Shown here piece by piece: positions 12,001-27,000 of a stretch of DNA of 64,000 nt. The first letter of the stretch is position 1. Each line of letters begins with the position of its first letter. The notes beneath the pieces were generated by a model. It made no database searches. It had not been told where the DNA came from and saw only the letters and a program-made list of their open reading frames with translations. The DNA is taken from positions 149,952 to 213,951 of the forward strand of contig MHFR01000037.1 in the NCBI GenBank assembly GCA_001804285.1. Reading direction: 5' to 3'. Position numbers and translations under genes: made by a program. The DNA comes from Candidatus Danuiimicrobium aquiferis (GTDB lineage: Bacteria > Omnitrophota > Omnitrophia > Omnitrophales > Danuiimicrobiaceae).

Positions 12001-15000
12001 TGCTATTCTCGAATCCCTCGAAATATTTCCGGCGTCCAGATTACGCATTTCGATTTCGGGCGTCCCCACCGTTGCCCAATCGTTATCCGCATGAGCCATA
12101 TTCCGGACAGACTCTTTCATGACATCATAATGGCGATAATCTTCCAGCGCCTGTCCGTAGCCCGCCTCTTCTAAGTTTTTGCGCAGATATTTTTCAATTT
12201 CATTCAGCGTTTCACGCGCAATCTGTGAAGTTCTGATTAACTCGCTCGCCTTCCGCCCGTCATTTTTATTCTGCGTCTCAATTGCTTTGATCCGATCATC
12301 CATGGTTTTCAGGCTCATCTCAATCGATATCAGGTCGAAAAGTTTATTTCGAAGGTCTCTTTTTTGATCGTCAGTCAACGGCGTCGCGGGCGTAATCGCT
12401 CCTTCTATGGCGGCTATTTCCCGATTAAGCAGGTCCCGGCTTTGTTCAGCCGCGCTCCTTTCATCAAGCAATTTCTGATACTCCTCACCATATTCGGCCG
12501 CCCGAATCAGCACGCCAAAAATCTTATCCAGACTTTCCGGCGTTAACGTTTCCCCTTCACGTTTAAGCGTCCGGAGAAAGTTGGCAAACACCTCCCGATC
12601 CAGGACATCTTCATTGATCATTTTTTCGAAACTTTCAAGCGAAAAACCTTCAACATCGGTGCGGATCTTCTTAACAAACGGTTCTGTCATTCCGGTTAAT
12701 AATTTATCCGTGAACATACTCTCAACCATCTTATAGAGCTCATAGCCCATGCTGTTCTTTTCATCCATAAAAAACGCCATCCAGATTCGCTTGGAAGGGT
12801 CAACCAATTCTAATTTTTCCGAACCGCGCGCGTCAAATTCTTTCAAATTAAAACCGAGTCCTTGCAAGCCGATATTCTCGCCGTGTTCATCCGGATAATA
12901 ACCGCCGGCATAGGAAAAAACCGGGGTGTTGGTGAAAAATTCCTGCAGGTTTACATATTCGACCGGTCCGACCATGTCTTCAATTCGCTGATCGTGGGGG
13001 ACGGGTAATTTCCGGTTGGTTTGTCCGGAACTCCAGTACAACCACACGGTTGTAATGATAAGTCCGATTCCGACGCCGATCGCGAAATTTCCGAGTGCGA
13101 GACCGATCAGGCCGAGAACCGCCGATAGCACTCCGCCCTTGAGCGCTACATCCGCCCGCAATGTTCTCCCTGAAAGCGTATGATATTCAATTGTTCGATA
13201 TAAATTGCCGGCCCGTAAGGAAGTCGCTATATCCATAATCCAGCCGTATTTTTTGCTGACATTGTGGTTTGTTGCGGCCCACGATCGGTAGAGATAAATC
13301 ACGCGGCGATTCATTTTTCGTCCCAATGCTTCGGCCGCTTCTTTTTGCCGACGTGCTATTTCGAGAGAAATAGGACCCGATGACGCGATAATGAATACCG
13401 TAGCGGGGTCTGTATTACCGCGCATGATTTCTTCCATGTTTTTGATCGGGCCACTGTTAAAATCACCTAAATTTTCGTTCTTAGCCGTCGAAGGCATCAC
13501 AACGGCAGGTTTATACGCTTCGGGAATAGAATCGCTAAAACGGAAATGAAGAATAGAATCAAGATCAATTGTCGTCTGGCCCTTCCTCAAAATCTGGGGA
13601 TAAACCGCCTCTAATATTTTCCTATTAAGGGATTCTAATTCAGCCACCGTGAAAACAGCTGCGGGTTCCAGGGCCCTCGCTAATAATGCTTTAGTCGCAT
13701 CGTCAAGCCGGCTTAGCATTTTGGGACTTCGTTGAATGCTCCCATAATCTTGCACGCGCATCCTGACCGCCAGAATTTGATTTAAGGCGTCAGCCCACTC
13801 TTGTTTGGCAACAGTTTGACCATTCTCAATCCTTCCCCTTATCGCGTCAAGGACTCCTTGGTCCCATCCGTCAGTTAATTCATTTCCCCTAAAGGAATTC
13901 GCATTCAGGTTTCCGATGAGATTGTCCGCAAAAACTTTGTTTGTAGATCGATCAATCCTTTGTCTGATAAGTTCCTGCCTGAACTGTGCTTCGTTGTCAA
14001 AAACCGACTCTTTCACGGCTTCAGTATCAGTCGGAAAGCCCAGGCGCCTCAATTCATCCTCAAGGCGCGCTCGATCGTTAAAAATTTCTTGATTGATCGC
14101 ATTAACGTTAACACCCCCGCGGCGCAATTGTTCCTTGAGCCATTCGCGCCCTATTCCCTCGACATCGATTCCCTGCCGGCTGAATTCATCTTTGATCCAC
14201 GCTTTTTGGAACCCCCAAAGGTCAACACCGCGCGCACGCAATTTTTGAACGAGCGCCGCTTCATCGTAATAAATAGAATCCTTGACAGATTCAAGATCAA
14301 TAAAAGGAATCCCGAGAGCCTGCAACGTTTCCTCAAGCATGTCTCTATTGTCGAAAACCAAATCCTCCACAGAGGCAATATCAATTTTATTGGCACGCAA
14401 CGCCTCAGTCAGCTGCTTCCGATCATCAAAAACCGCATCGGGAAGCGTAATCCCGTGTATAGTTAAGCGCTCTTTCAGCCATGCTTTTTGGATTTCCGCG
14501 ACATCAATTCCTTGCCGGCTTAATTGTTTCTTCAGCTTCGTTCTTCCGCCTGACTTAATATCGAGGACAACGATCCCACGTCTTTTCAATTCTTTCTCAA
14601 GGCGCTTCTTATTGTTAATCGTTGCATCATCGATAGTGGTTGTATCAACCCCAAGGCGGGCCAGTTCTTCTCTGACCCATTCTCTTTCAATAGATGCGAG
14701 ATCGAGCCTTTGTCCGCCAACTCTTTGCCGGCTCAAAACTTCTTTAAATCTTTCTTTCCGGAACGCCCGGAAATCCGCGCTCCGCGGCGCCATCGGCTTA
14801 CCCCATAAAGTCGCCGTCCGGTCCATTGCAATTTTCCCAAGGTCAAGACTCAAAAAGAAAATATGAACAACCAAAAGCACGACCATCCCCGGCAGCACAT
14901 ACGCCCAATCTACGGAAAAAATTGCAATGGCCCATGCGAATACCCCTGCGATGCCGGTAATCGCAATCATCTGAAAAATCAGTTTGCTTGGGAATCCCCT

Positions 15001-18000
15001 CGGCCGGTAATTTTCATAATCCGGGCTCTTTGCGCCGACGGCCCCGCTCTCTCCGATGGTCGGCGTAATAAATGGTATGCCCGGATGCCTTGCAAACCAA
15101 TCCCGAATCTTCTGAGGAACCAGCCGGCTGCCGATCGGTTCATCCTTCTCTCCCGTTACCTGGCTCGCCCGTTTCCGCCGGATGGTTTCGCCCGTGATTA
15201 ATAGAAGTAGCGCAAGGAAAATAATAACCAGCCACTTCGAAATGTTATTCACAAGAATCCACGTGTTATGTTGTTTTGCTTTCCCTACCTCAATCGGCGC
15301 CTCGCGCAGATTCACAACTGCTTTTTCATCAACCACAGTTTTCCCATCTATTGTGATGGTTTTCTTCTCCGCTTCCTTTGCAAACTCTTTTTCCATTTCA
15401 TATTTCACGTGATTTTCCGCGTCTAAAACCACCGCACCGTGAACTTTCGATTCCCTTTTTAATTCAGCCTTACTATAAAGCACGTCTTCAGGGACAAGAG
15501 AAGAATGATCAAGGGAAACCCGGCTTATAACGGCCGCTATGGCAAAAACTATTTTAGGATATATTTCAAGTGATGTATCTTTGCGCTTCAATTGATCAAT
15601 CTGTTCTTGTAAAACCCGCAAATCAGAAAACAAGGTCTTAATCTCCGTCAACGTAAGTTTCCCTATATTACGCAATCGCAATATTTCATCTTTCTGTTCT
15701 TTAGTTAGCGTGATGCGATACACCAAATCCTTTTTCTTCTCTTGATCGAGAAATGTTTTAGCCCACAGATCAATTAAATCCGCGGGTTCTTTTTGCTCCT
15801 CCTCAAAAGTAATACTAATTTGCTCGTTGGCAGGCATTTTCTCAGCCAACCTGATAGCGACACCTTTGGCAAGCGTTATAATCGCTTTTCTAACGACATC
15901 CCTTTTCCCTGATTCATCTTTGTTAAATTTCACTTTTTCGAGCGCACGAAGCAACTCATCAGCATTTGTGATATAGCCATAGATGCGCTCTAAATCTTTT
16001 GAAACTATTCTAAAATCTTCTATCAAGGCTTTTAATCCTTGCGGTGTCACTTCTCCTGATTTAATTTTCTTTGCATATTCGGCCACAGCTCGATCCGAAA
16101 TCTTGACATGGTTTTTCTTGTTAAGCCGCATAACAAACTCTTCGTGCCCGTTATTGGCTAATATTCCATCTTCCACCTTCGAAAGCATTGTTTCATCAGG
16201 CCGCACCAAGAGCCGGTAACGGATAAACCTGTCCAACTGATTGGGCTCCTTTATGCTTATTTTATCCCTACTGATCTCTCCATAAGCAAGTTCGACAAAT
16301 TTATTCGATACGCCGTTCATTGTAAAAAATGCGGAAGAATAGGCCCGGACTACTGACGGCGAGGTTTTATCGCCTTCGAACAATTTCGCAAAAAACGCTT
16401 CCGTTTCCGGATCGAATAATATCCCAAGCTTTCTCTCCCCTTCCCACAAGACAAGCCGCCTGCCTTCTTGTTTGGGGCCGCTGGTTAATTGATATACCAC
16501 TTGACGGTTTTTAGTATCGGTTAAAATATTTTTGAAAAACTGTTCCGTTCGCCATAAGCCAATCGCGTCAGGGTTCCCTGCCACCCGGCTGACAATATTC
16601 CGCAAAGGTAAATTCGTATCCCACGCCAAATTACCATCACCAAGATAGGCAAAGATGAGTTCGTCAAACAACAGGTTCCTATAAAACTGATTTTTATCCT
16701 CCCGGCTAAGAAGGACGTTACCAAGATATTTGTTTGCATATTGCTTTTGAATTACTGCCGTATAATGGAACAAATTTTCATAATCCTGATCAGTCATGCG
16801 TTCAGGATCAATATTACCGATAGAATCCACTTGATTGGTATCAATAGGTATTCCATCCCAATGTTTTTCCCAAAGTTCCCATATTTTCTTTCTGTCCCCG
16901 ATGCGCTTTTCAACCTCCATCAATATAAGCGGTTTTCCGTCTTTGTACGGCGGTTTCTGCATCCGCTCTAACCAATGCAAGGCCCCGCCGCGCATATACC
17001 GCACTGCAAAACTCGGCAATAACTGCGTTTCCAATTCTTTCCTATCGAAAGTTTTCTCTTTGGTCTGCTTTTCCCCTTGAGCATCTGTCTCAGTTTCAAT
17101 CGATATCAAACCGCCTTCTCTCAATTCACTGTCTTCCATTAACCGTTTGATGTATTGATCAAAATCAGCCTTAGCGCTGACATCCATGATTTCATGGTGC
17201 ACCGGATAGGAACTATATAACTTAGCTACGGCTTGATAATTTGAAATTGCCGGTGCAATTTTCTTTAATTGATCATGGTCTTTCTCTTGCATTTGGTCAA
17301 TATCAGGAATTTCAATATCGCGGTCGTGCAAAAACTGCACATAAGCATTCAAGAGTCCTTCTGCGTATACGCGCTTAAACTCCTCTTTAATATCATCCAG
17401 GACCTTCTCCACCCCCAACCTTCCGTATTTCAATTGCTGGAGCGCGATAAATGCGTCCTCTTCCGCCTGATACCAATTCACCTGGTGCATTTTCTTGTCC
17501 GGAGTCTGATGACTAAATGAAATGCCTTTTAAGAACTCCATTTGATTCTTAAACATATCCGAAACCGTGCCGGTTCCTTTTAATATCTTTACGAGATTCA
17601 TTCGGTCACGCAAATCTTTCTCAAGATTTGCCTTGCTGTCATATTGTTTTACAAAAAATGACAACTGCGCCATTAGGTCGTTGAAACGGGCTTTGTGTTC
17701 CAAATCTTCTCCGGCATCACGAAATGCCTCGGAAAGCTCTTTCCGGAAATCATAGCCCGTATCGCCGTCATGAATCATTTTTTGATAACTATCGAAAACC
17801 GGAGATTCGAGAATTTCGATCAACCGCGTTGTCCTGGCTTCTCCTTCTTTCAGCCATGACAGAAGCAACCCAAGGTGAACCGGATTCTCGCGGTCAAATG
17901 TTTTCGTTTTTGACGAATCAATTGCATTAAAAAGTTTTTGAATCAACGACGATTTATTATCCTTATCCTTGGGTGGCGTGATAAATGAATCGATGCGGTC

Positions 18001-21000
18001 TGTGATTCTCTTCATTAAGTCCAGGATATCACTATCGCTCACACCGGGTCTTTTCGCATATTCATGCGCCACCATATGAATTAATCCTGCGCGAACACCG
18101 CTTTCACTGGGGCTCCAGATTTCACCCACCGGCCGTTTGAGTATTTTTTCGTAAAGGCTTCTGACTTTTGTTTCGAATTCCTTTGTAAATTCCGGGGTTT
18201 GGGTCTTGCGCGCCGCGAAAGCCTCGACATCCGCGTTCTTAAGACGCCATTGAATATCCCCTTCTACCACCAACGATTCAAACCAAGCCAAAGCCAGGGC
18301 GCGAATGTTTGAATCGTAAATAAAGGTCTCTTCGCTGATCGCGGGCAAATCTTCTCTAATGATTTCTCCGATGTCCGCGTAATATTTATTCGCCCGTTCG
18401 ATTCCCGCGCTTCTCGCTTTCGGATCGTTTAATTTTGCGATCAATTTTTCTCGTTCCACTTTCCATTTATCAAATCCCTTTTCCACGATAATGCCAAGTT
18501 CGGAGAGAATCATCGATTGGACACGAGGGTCTTTCTTGAATTGATCAAATGAGAAATCAGAGCCAAATATCGGAACACCGACTGCTTCGTAGAATTGCTT
18601 GATGGTTGAAGCGGCCCTGTCAATTTCGCCTTTTACTTTCCCCTCATTTCTAGCGTAATCAAGAATCCCGGATTTCCCGGCCTTCCCGTGCAATTTAGCG
18701 TGAAATTCAAAAACACCCTCTTTCGCCATAGCCGTCAGTTGTGCCCGGACAAGATTCCAGGCAAAACGGTTTTTCTTGAAATTGTCCATGGTGATTCCAT
18801 ACCGGTCTTTTCCACTCACCGCAATTTCGAGTTCCCGCGCATTATCAACGGCAATCTCCAACGCCGTTTTCCCGGATTTCCCGTCCTTCACGATCTCACC
18901 GCTAACAACATCGTATCGTTCAACAGTTTCCGCAGGCGTTTGTGCCAGCCATGCGAATTCCTGCGCTCCGACTTTTTCCGTTTTATCCCGACTGCCTTCT
19001 TCCGTCATACGCGAAAGCATTCCCATGACTTCCATCCGGACAAGATTATTCTTGAATACGTCTTTAACGGTGTAGACTTTGGCTTTATCACCAAACCGCA
19101 ATTTATTCGCCCGGTTCACTTGGCCCACGGCAAATTCCAGCGCCGTATCCGGCGCTTTTGCTTCGCCGGGCTCTGAGGATACCGGACGGGATGCCGCAGG
19201 TTGAGTACCCGCAAGTGGCGTTGCACCGGCAACTTCTACGGAACGGATACCAATCCGGGACACTTCTTCCTGCATCCTGAGGATTTCCGCATTCGATATA
19301 ATAGTCGGATGAACTCCAGCCGGGGCGGTTTGTGCTGAACCCGGCTGTGTCCAAAGGGACGGAGGAGGCAACACTGGCAGTCTAAACGTCAAGTTATTTT
19401 TCGTTTTCAAATGGTCACTCAAAAACGACATATCGTTTTGATGTTTATGAGCGTACGGATAAACCCCGCCCGCAAACTCCGCTTGAATGAGAAAGCTGAA
19501 GAAAACGCTGAAATGATCGGGAACAGATAAATACAGCCGAAGATCCGGATTCTGGTTTTTCAGCTGCAATTCAAGGAGCGCCTGCGCTTTTGCGATTTTA
19601 AGCTGTGCCTCATCGCCGATCATATTCCTGATGTTATTGATAAGCGTAACGAGCCTCTCCGGATTCGTTGCCGGGTCCATTTCCGGATGCAACAACAAGT
19701 GTGTGGCAAGACCGGATGCCATGCCACGTTGAAACGTCTCGGGATCTATGCGATTTCCCACTTCGGATATTTTCCCCTTTTCCTTTCCTTCTTCACCGAT
19801 AATCGCAACTGCCAAATTGTGATTTGCTTTAACAAGTTCAGTTGAGTTTATATAATTATCAATCCTATCTTGGTCACCGCCCGCAATCGCGCGGCTCCAC
19901 TGGAGATGAAGCGTAAAAGTTTCTAAATCGAGGCCGGTCAAATAGAATTGCGTTAAAGCATTCCAAAGCCCCATGTCCGCGGCATTGGATAGAACAAGCG
20001 GCTTATCTTTGTCACGATAAAACTTATTGATCAATGGCCTTGTTTCTTCCATTGCCTGATGATAGCGGCGGGCGACCACTCCGAGGCGTTCGGGTTTGAT
20101 GCCTTTCTGGTCTTCGGTCAAATCTTCGGCGCGGATCACGTTCTTCGCCTTCAAATCCTTAAAATATTCCTTTGTGAAATTTAAAAACGAAAGTGTTTCA
20201 CCGTTAATGTATGTCGAACGAACTTCCTTCGCTTCACGTGCCAATGCTTGGACATCAAGAAGTGTTAATTTATTCTTTTCCCCGTTTTGCCGAGCCTCTT
20301 CTAACAAGATTCTTAAATGAAACGCTGACGGAACTTGATTTAATAATTGCTTAGCTTCTTTATAAAGCGCCTCGGTTTCTGTGGGCGTTGGCATTTGGCC
20401 TTTTTGATAATCTTTAATGCGCTCAAAGATTTGTCCGTCGCCGATCGCACCAACGACCATGCTGTGGAATCCGACTTGATCGACAAGCGCATTTAATTGA
20501 GTAAAAAATTGACGGAATTTCGCCTCATGCTCTTTCCAAAACACTTCCGGATCCTTGCTGATCAAGAGCTGATCCATCAATTTAAATTTATAAAACAAAG
20601 AGAATACCGCAACCAACCGGCCATGGTCCCGGTCGTGGTCAAAAAATTCAGGGTTCTTAATTCCAAGTTTTGTGGTGTAGGTAATAAATTCGGGAAGATC
20701 GTACATCTTACGGAGGACAATTTGACGGTTGCGAAGTTGATCGACGGATTGCTTTGCTTTGAGCGCTACTTCTTTCAAAACGAGAATTTCCCGGTCCCAG
20801 GACTTTTGAAAATTTTCAAAATCCCGAATGCGCGCACGAAATTCATTCCACTTCTTTAATGTCTCCGGGTCCGGAGCTGAATCCGCAAAGGCCTCGCTAA
20901 CCGCTTTCACAACGAGATTATACGCCTCACGCGTTAACTGATCTTTACTCACCGTCTGCGTCACATCGAGAACTTTATTGAAAGTGGCCGGATCAATTTT

Positions 21001-24000
21001 CGGATAAATTCCGAAAACAAGCCCGCCATGATTCAAGGATTGACGCGCCGCATCGGCAGAATTTGTCACATCCATGATCCACGCATCCAACCTTCTCATA
21101 TCCGCAAGCTCAGATACCGTCAAATCCTGTCCGCTCGGGCGGGATATCATCCTGTTATAGATCAGAAGCATTTCGGCCGTTTCGGCGACACGATCGTCAA
21201 TAGACTTTGGCCGCGAAAATCCGATTTGTTGCTGTTTATAATCATAGACCCCGAGTTCAAAAGCCCAACCCATTAAAAACAGGTTTAGTTTTTTATCGCG
21301 GTCCCGGCCGCCGGCATCGGCAATTTCTTTGGTGTCAAACCGGTCCCTCAAAAACTCTTCCATAAAATTCGGGAATTTTTGACTCATGAGCGCCGGATTG
21401 TCCCGGATTTCTTGAATCGTCTTATTATCAATCAATTTTTTTGCCGCTTCCGTCGCGCGGCCTAAAATGAGTTTCATCTTGTCGACGGAAATATTACGCG
21501 CATGGGCAATTTCATAGAATTTTAAAACAAATGTGTTCAAATCATTAACATCAACGTGTCCCTCATAGGTCACTTTGAGCGCATCTAAAAACTGCTTTAC
21601 GGATTCTTTTATTTCCAACACATCGTATTTACTATTCGTCGTCTCAGGCGCGGTGGCTATTAATTCATCGTACGATGTAACCTTGGGCCGGAATGGCTCC
21701 TGACCTTCTAATGTCTTTTCGATTTGATTGTATCCGTCATCTGACAATTCTTGCGGAGGCTTGGCAATAATCGGGTCGGTCACTTTTTGAACCGCATCGG
21801 TTTGCTTTTGCGCCTCTTGCAATTTCAAATTCGCTCTCATCCTTTGGGTTTGATCGACGACTGACCGTAATACTTCTACTTGTCGATGCGACTCGGCATC
21901 AGGTTCCTTAGAAATGTCCTCTGTGTTGGTAAATTTAACTTCCTGAAATCCGATTCTTTTCGGATCGATACCGGCCAATTCGAGGCTGGCCTGAATCTGT
22001 TTGCTCCATGAAATGATCGCTTTAAACTCTTCGTTTCGCGCCCGTTCAATGCCAATCAATCTCGACCAACCGAGCGTAGGATGTTCGATATGCGTGCGCC
22101 AGTCCGAAGATTCTTCTTTGATCATTTTTTCCCAATGGGCCTGCTCGTTTCTCAACCCTTCTCTGAGTAACCTATCGCTAATATCAAACATATGACGGGA
22201 GACAACGTAATTTGCCAAAAGCTCCATATGCCTTCGCACGATATTGTTCTTTACATCTTTAATATTCCATCGCTCATGAAGTTCTTTAATCATTTCAGCC
22301 CGGGCCATATGCATTTTAGACGGATCCAAAGTCACCGTTCCATCTGCCCGTAGCGTAAACGGAAAACCAATACCGCCTTGATTGTCCCAGCTCCCTCTTG
22401 CGCCCACCGATAGTCCCAGCCCTCCTTCAAAATATAACGGACCAAACAAACCCACGTGAGCTGCTTCCGCCTGCGCTTTCTGGGCATCCGCTTTATTTTC
22501 CTGATAACGTAAATCCACGTCTTTCTGAGCCCACTCAAGCCATGTCTCCCTGCTCATTTTGTCGATATTCAAAACATTCGCCCGTTCATATCCGATCAGC
22601 TGAATATTCTCGGGGGTGACGAAAATCGATTCAGGATCGTCTGTGAATTCACCAAAAGCACCGATAAGGCGTTCGCGCTGTTGCTTCAAACGCCCCACCA
22701 CCACAAAGCGCATAAGGTTGACCTCATACGGCAGCTGTTCCGGACCATAAATTCCTTCAATCTCAATATGATACCTGTCAATTAATGTCCCGTGTTTTTT
22801 CTTAAAGTTTTCTATATAGGGCGTGCTCCGGTTTTCTTTAAGTTCTTCCGCCATTTTATCGAGCTCTTTCATTTCGGATAATAATTTTTCATATTCAAGC
22901 ACCATGTCATCCAAACCCAGCTCAACGGATTTGTTCTGCTTGAGCGTATTAAGGGCCTGATTTTCAATCATCTTTTTAGACTTTTCGGTCAAATGAATGT
23001 TTTCGAAGGTTCGATTGAGCGATAAATAAATAGACAAGGTAAGGTCCCATCCTGTTTTGGAAGCATGGAAAAATCCGCCCGTATCACGGCTCAATTGTTC
23101 TCTCCATCGCGGCCCGAATTTGCCTTGATATTCTTCGATATAGACACGCTCTAACTCAAACAATGCATTCCGATTGTAAGCGCTTTGTGTCAGTTCCCGA
23201 GTCCGATCATGATCGAGGACCTGGCTGGTATGATGCCTTTCGTCGATCCCCTGGTCGTCAACATCAATAGGTGTGTCAAACGCTTGGGTTAAAAGACCCA
23301 GACGCTCTGCCACTTCGGGATCGCCACCATTCGCATTCCCGAATTTTTTCCAAAACTCAGGAATACTTCGATAAAGAGACTCCCCCCGAAGCCGGTCTAA
23401 CGATATTCCGTTTTCTTTTAATCGCCCCAAATCAGGCATGCTGGCCAGCCTCACCACACTGCCAACAACGTCCATACGGTAATACATGAGGACCTGTTCT
23501 AATTTTCGCCTTTCCAAATCTAACTGGATTTTTCGTGCATCGAGCTCTTCAACCTGTTTTGCCTGCCCCGATTCTTGCGGCATGCGGGCTTTTGCTTCTT
23601 TAATCTTTCGTTCCAAATCATTGATGTCGGCTTGAACTTTTTCGTGTTTTGCAAACACACGCCGCAACTCGCCGACGTTTTCTTCCAGTTCGAGCAAGGC
23701 CGTCTTTCGATTCGTTTCCGTATCCCGCTGATACCGGCCTAAATTTTCAAGTGCAATAGCATAATTCAACAATGCTTTTTGAACGTCATCGTTCAATCTT
23801 GAACCGGTGATCCATGCCGAAAACCCTCTGGAACTTTTGATCATTGCCTTGACCTGGTCAACGCGATCTTGCGACGTGAATGGCTCCATCCGCAAAGCAA
23901 CTTCACGAATATATTTCACTTGTGCGTCTCCCAGTTGATTGATCACTTCCGGAATTTGCGAAAGCGCGAGAAATATTTCGGGCGTCGTGGATCCTGTTAC

Positions 24001-27000
24001 ACTGCTGATAATATTTTTGCGTGCCGCCGTTGTTTCCAAGACTTTCTCCGCATGGTCCTTTTGCGCTACCAAAAGGCGTGCGGCAGCAAATGGGTCCACC
24101 CTCGAATCCCGGTAAACTCCGCTGGTAAATTTAAAAATACCTTCCTGGTTCAACAAGGTCATACCGCTTTCCAAAAGTTTATCCCACTCACGTATCACAT
24201 GATTCGAGGCACTTTCACTTAAGGACAACCCCCCCTTGTCGTAAGAAGAATTCAAACGTTCAGGGAACCGGGCTAAGGATTGATCAAGAACAAGCAGAGA
24301 GCCTGCCGCCTGTAAAATCAATTGATTTAAAGTCTCCCGCGACCGGGTAGTTGCGCCCGCGTTCTGTTCTTCCTGCGTAATCAATTTGCTGACTTCCGTC
24401 TCTAGCTCTTTGATAAAATCATTTAAAAGCTGCCGATCGTTTTTAAGCTGAATATATTCGAAACGCAATTGCATTTCTTTCAGCTGAACATCGTTTTTAA
24501 CCAACTGAGCACCTTGTTCCCGTAAAATGATCTGAGAATCTATCTCGGCAAGAACCTGCTCGGCATTTCCTTTATATCGTGTGACGACTTGCACAAAACC
24601 AATGTTTTGGTTTTGCCACTTCATCGGAAGATCTGAAGAAGACCCGCCGCCCGCTTGATCCTTCGCCATATCCACGGCGCCTTGCGGCACGGAAATACTC
24701 TGATTTTGAACTTGTCCGACACCGGACGCTGTCGGTGTTACAGTTTGCTGTGAATACACCGCCGGAAGTTGCTGCGACCTTACCGCATCAAAATAGTTAC
24801 CTTGAGAAACATGCCCTACGCCCGGCGCAATCGGAGTCACAGATGAATATTGGCCGACACCCTCAGGAATGAGATTGGCCGCGCTGGAAATGCCCGGAAT
24901 CCCAACGGAAGCCGGAGTAAACCAGGAAAGCGCCATTCCAAATTGAGGCGGTACATTAGTAAACAGGGAAGCGACTTGAGAAGCAGTGCCCAACACCTCA
25001 ATGATCCCCATTGGCTGGCCGCTTGCCACAGAAATAACTGCTCCGGCAAGGCCTGCAACCTTTTGCAACTGCCCTAATTGAGACGGACCACTTTGTTTAT
25101 TAACCGCTGCTTGATCAACTACTTTTTGCCAGTTGGCTAAGAACGTAAATCCCACGGATTCGACGTCAACATTTGCAAAAGGGCCTCGCGATGAAATTTT
25201 TTTCCTTTCTGCTCTGAGGACATTCAGGTCGCTCGCTGTCACGGGATCGACTGCTTTATTGCCGGCTAAATCAATAATGTCTCCAAGTTTTAACGCTTCG
25301 CCTGTTTCTGTTTGCCGTCCTTCAATATCCTGTAAGGTTAAATGACCGGCAGTTTCAGCTCGAAGTCTTTTTATTTCTGCCGGCTGATCTTCTTGTTCCG
25401 CGGGGCTTAAGTCCTCGAGTCTCGTCAGCTTCAAATTTGCTTCGATTTTTTTCAGCAAGTCCTCTTCATCATTCAATTTCCCGAGCAACGGACTATCCGG
25501 ACTTAAAACCTTGCGGGCCTCCTCTATAATTAAACTCCGGACAGCATGAATTTTCTCTAAAGCCGTTTTGCGGTGTTCGGTCAATTTTTCTTTTGAATCA
25601 CCCGGTGTGTGAACAATTTCACGAAACCGGATATCCGCGTCCTGTTGATATTGAATCTGTGTGTCAAGCACGTGAACATATCTGTTTAAATTACGTAAAT
25701 GGCGATAGGCTTTGGCGAGGCGTTCTTTGCCGTCATGTTCCATGACCTCACCCCATTGTTCATTCAGCGACTGGTCGTTAAACCGCCAAGGGTCCACCAG
25801 AGCGCGGACCGGAGCAAGTTTTCCGTCTCTATTCGTGCCGAGGAGTTTGCCCGGCTTTCCGTCTTCCCAACGGAGCTGCTCTGCCCGAAGATCGTAAAAT
25901 AATTCATTTCGTTCTTGGAGCAATTTTAATGCCTCGCCTCTCGAAAGTTGACGCACCTGCTCTTCCACGTTGTAACGGCTCCTTGAAAGCAGACGGTCTT
26001 TTTTCTCTTCACGGATCCGTTCCCTTTCCCCATAAGCCCTTGAGAATTCTCCAAGCACACCGCGCAATGAATCGGCGGAATAGTGCTCGAGGTGTTTCGA
26101 GGTGTCTACAATTTTTTCAGCACCTTTCACCGGATAAATTTGATGAATGCTGTCTTGTACTTTCTGGTTCCAATTTCTAAGACTAATCGCATTCTTCTGA
26201 AGCTGGACGCGGATATTGTCCAAACGACTGACCGAATCAATCCAAATCAGTGACGCCAAACGGACCCTGTCAATAGATTCGATTCCCTTCTGCTGGTCTT
26301 GGAGCGCCAACTGATAATTTTTATAGGTTTGCCCCATCACTTTCTTTTGCTGGTGAAATTGCTCCTGAAGTGTTTTTGAATCTTTGACTAATTTTTCCAC
26401 TTCTTGCCGGTAGTCTTCCACCATCTTGAGCTGTGTCCGCTCATGCTCGACTCTTGGATGATTAATTTCCTCATCTGTCATGTCATTGCCTTTGATCAGG
26501 AAAAGATTGCCGATCAGGCTCAGCAGATTGACTCCGACAGTTTCTTGGAGCGTCAAACCGGCAATGAATTGATAAGGAACACTGCTAATGATTTGCCGGC
26601 TTTCATCGACTTGGCTTTGCAAATCAATAGCCGCATGTTCAACTTCAAGACGCCGTAATGCGAAACCATTTTTCCACACCATATCAGCCGGAACCTGCGC
26701 TTCTTCAGTCCGCAGCCATTTTTCAAATTCCGGAGTCAAAACGATTTTAGCGCTATTCGGAAGTCCCAGTTTTTCTTTCAGCACGCGTTCAATCCCCAGC
26801 AACTCCCGGTGCCAAAACAGGTATTGTTTAAATTGCTCGTTGTAAAGCGTTGCCACCTTATTCGGCGCTTGGTCATCGATGTGGAGTAGCATTTGATAGG
26901 CCGCACTTCCCAGCTCCCGATTCCATTCTCCGAGGTTTACCCCGTCAAATTTCCGGATCCGCTCCGCCAAAGAAACATAATCTCTTAATGCCGCATCCGC

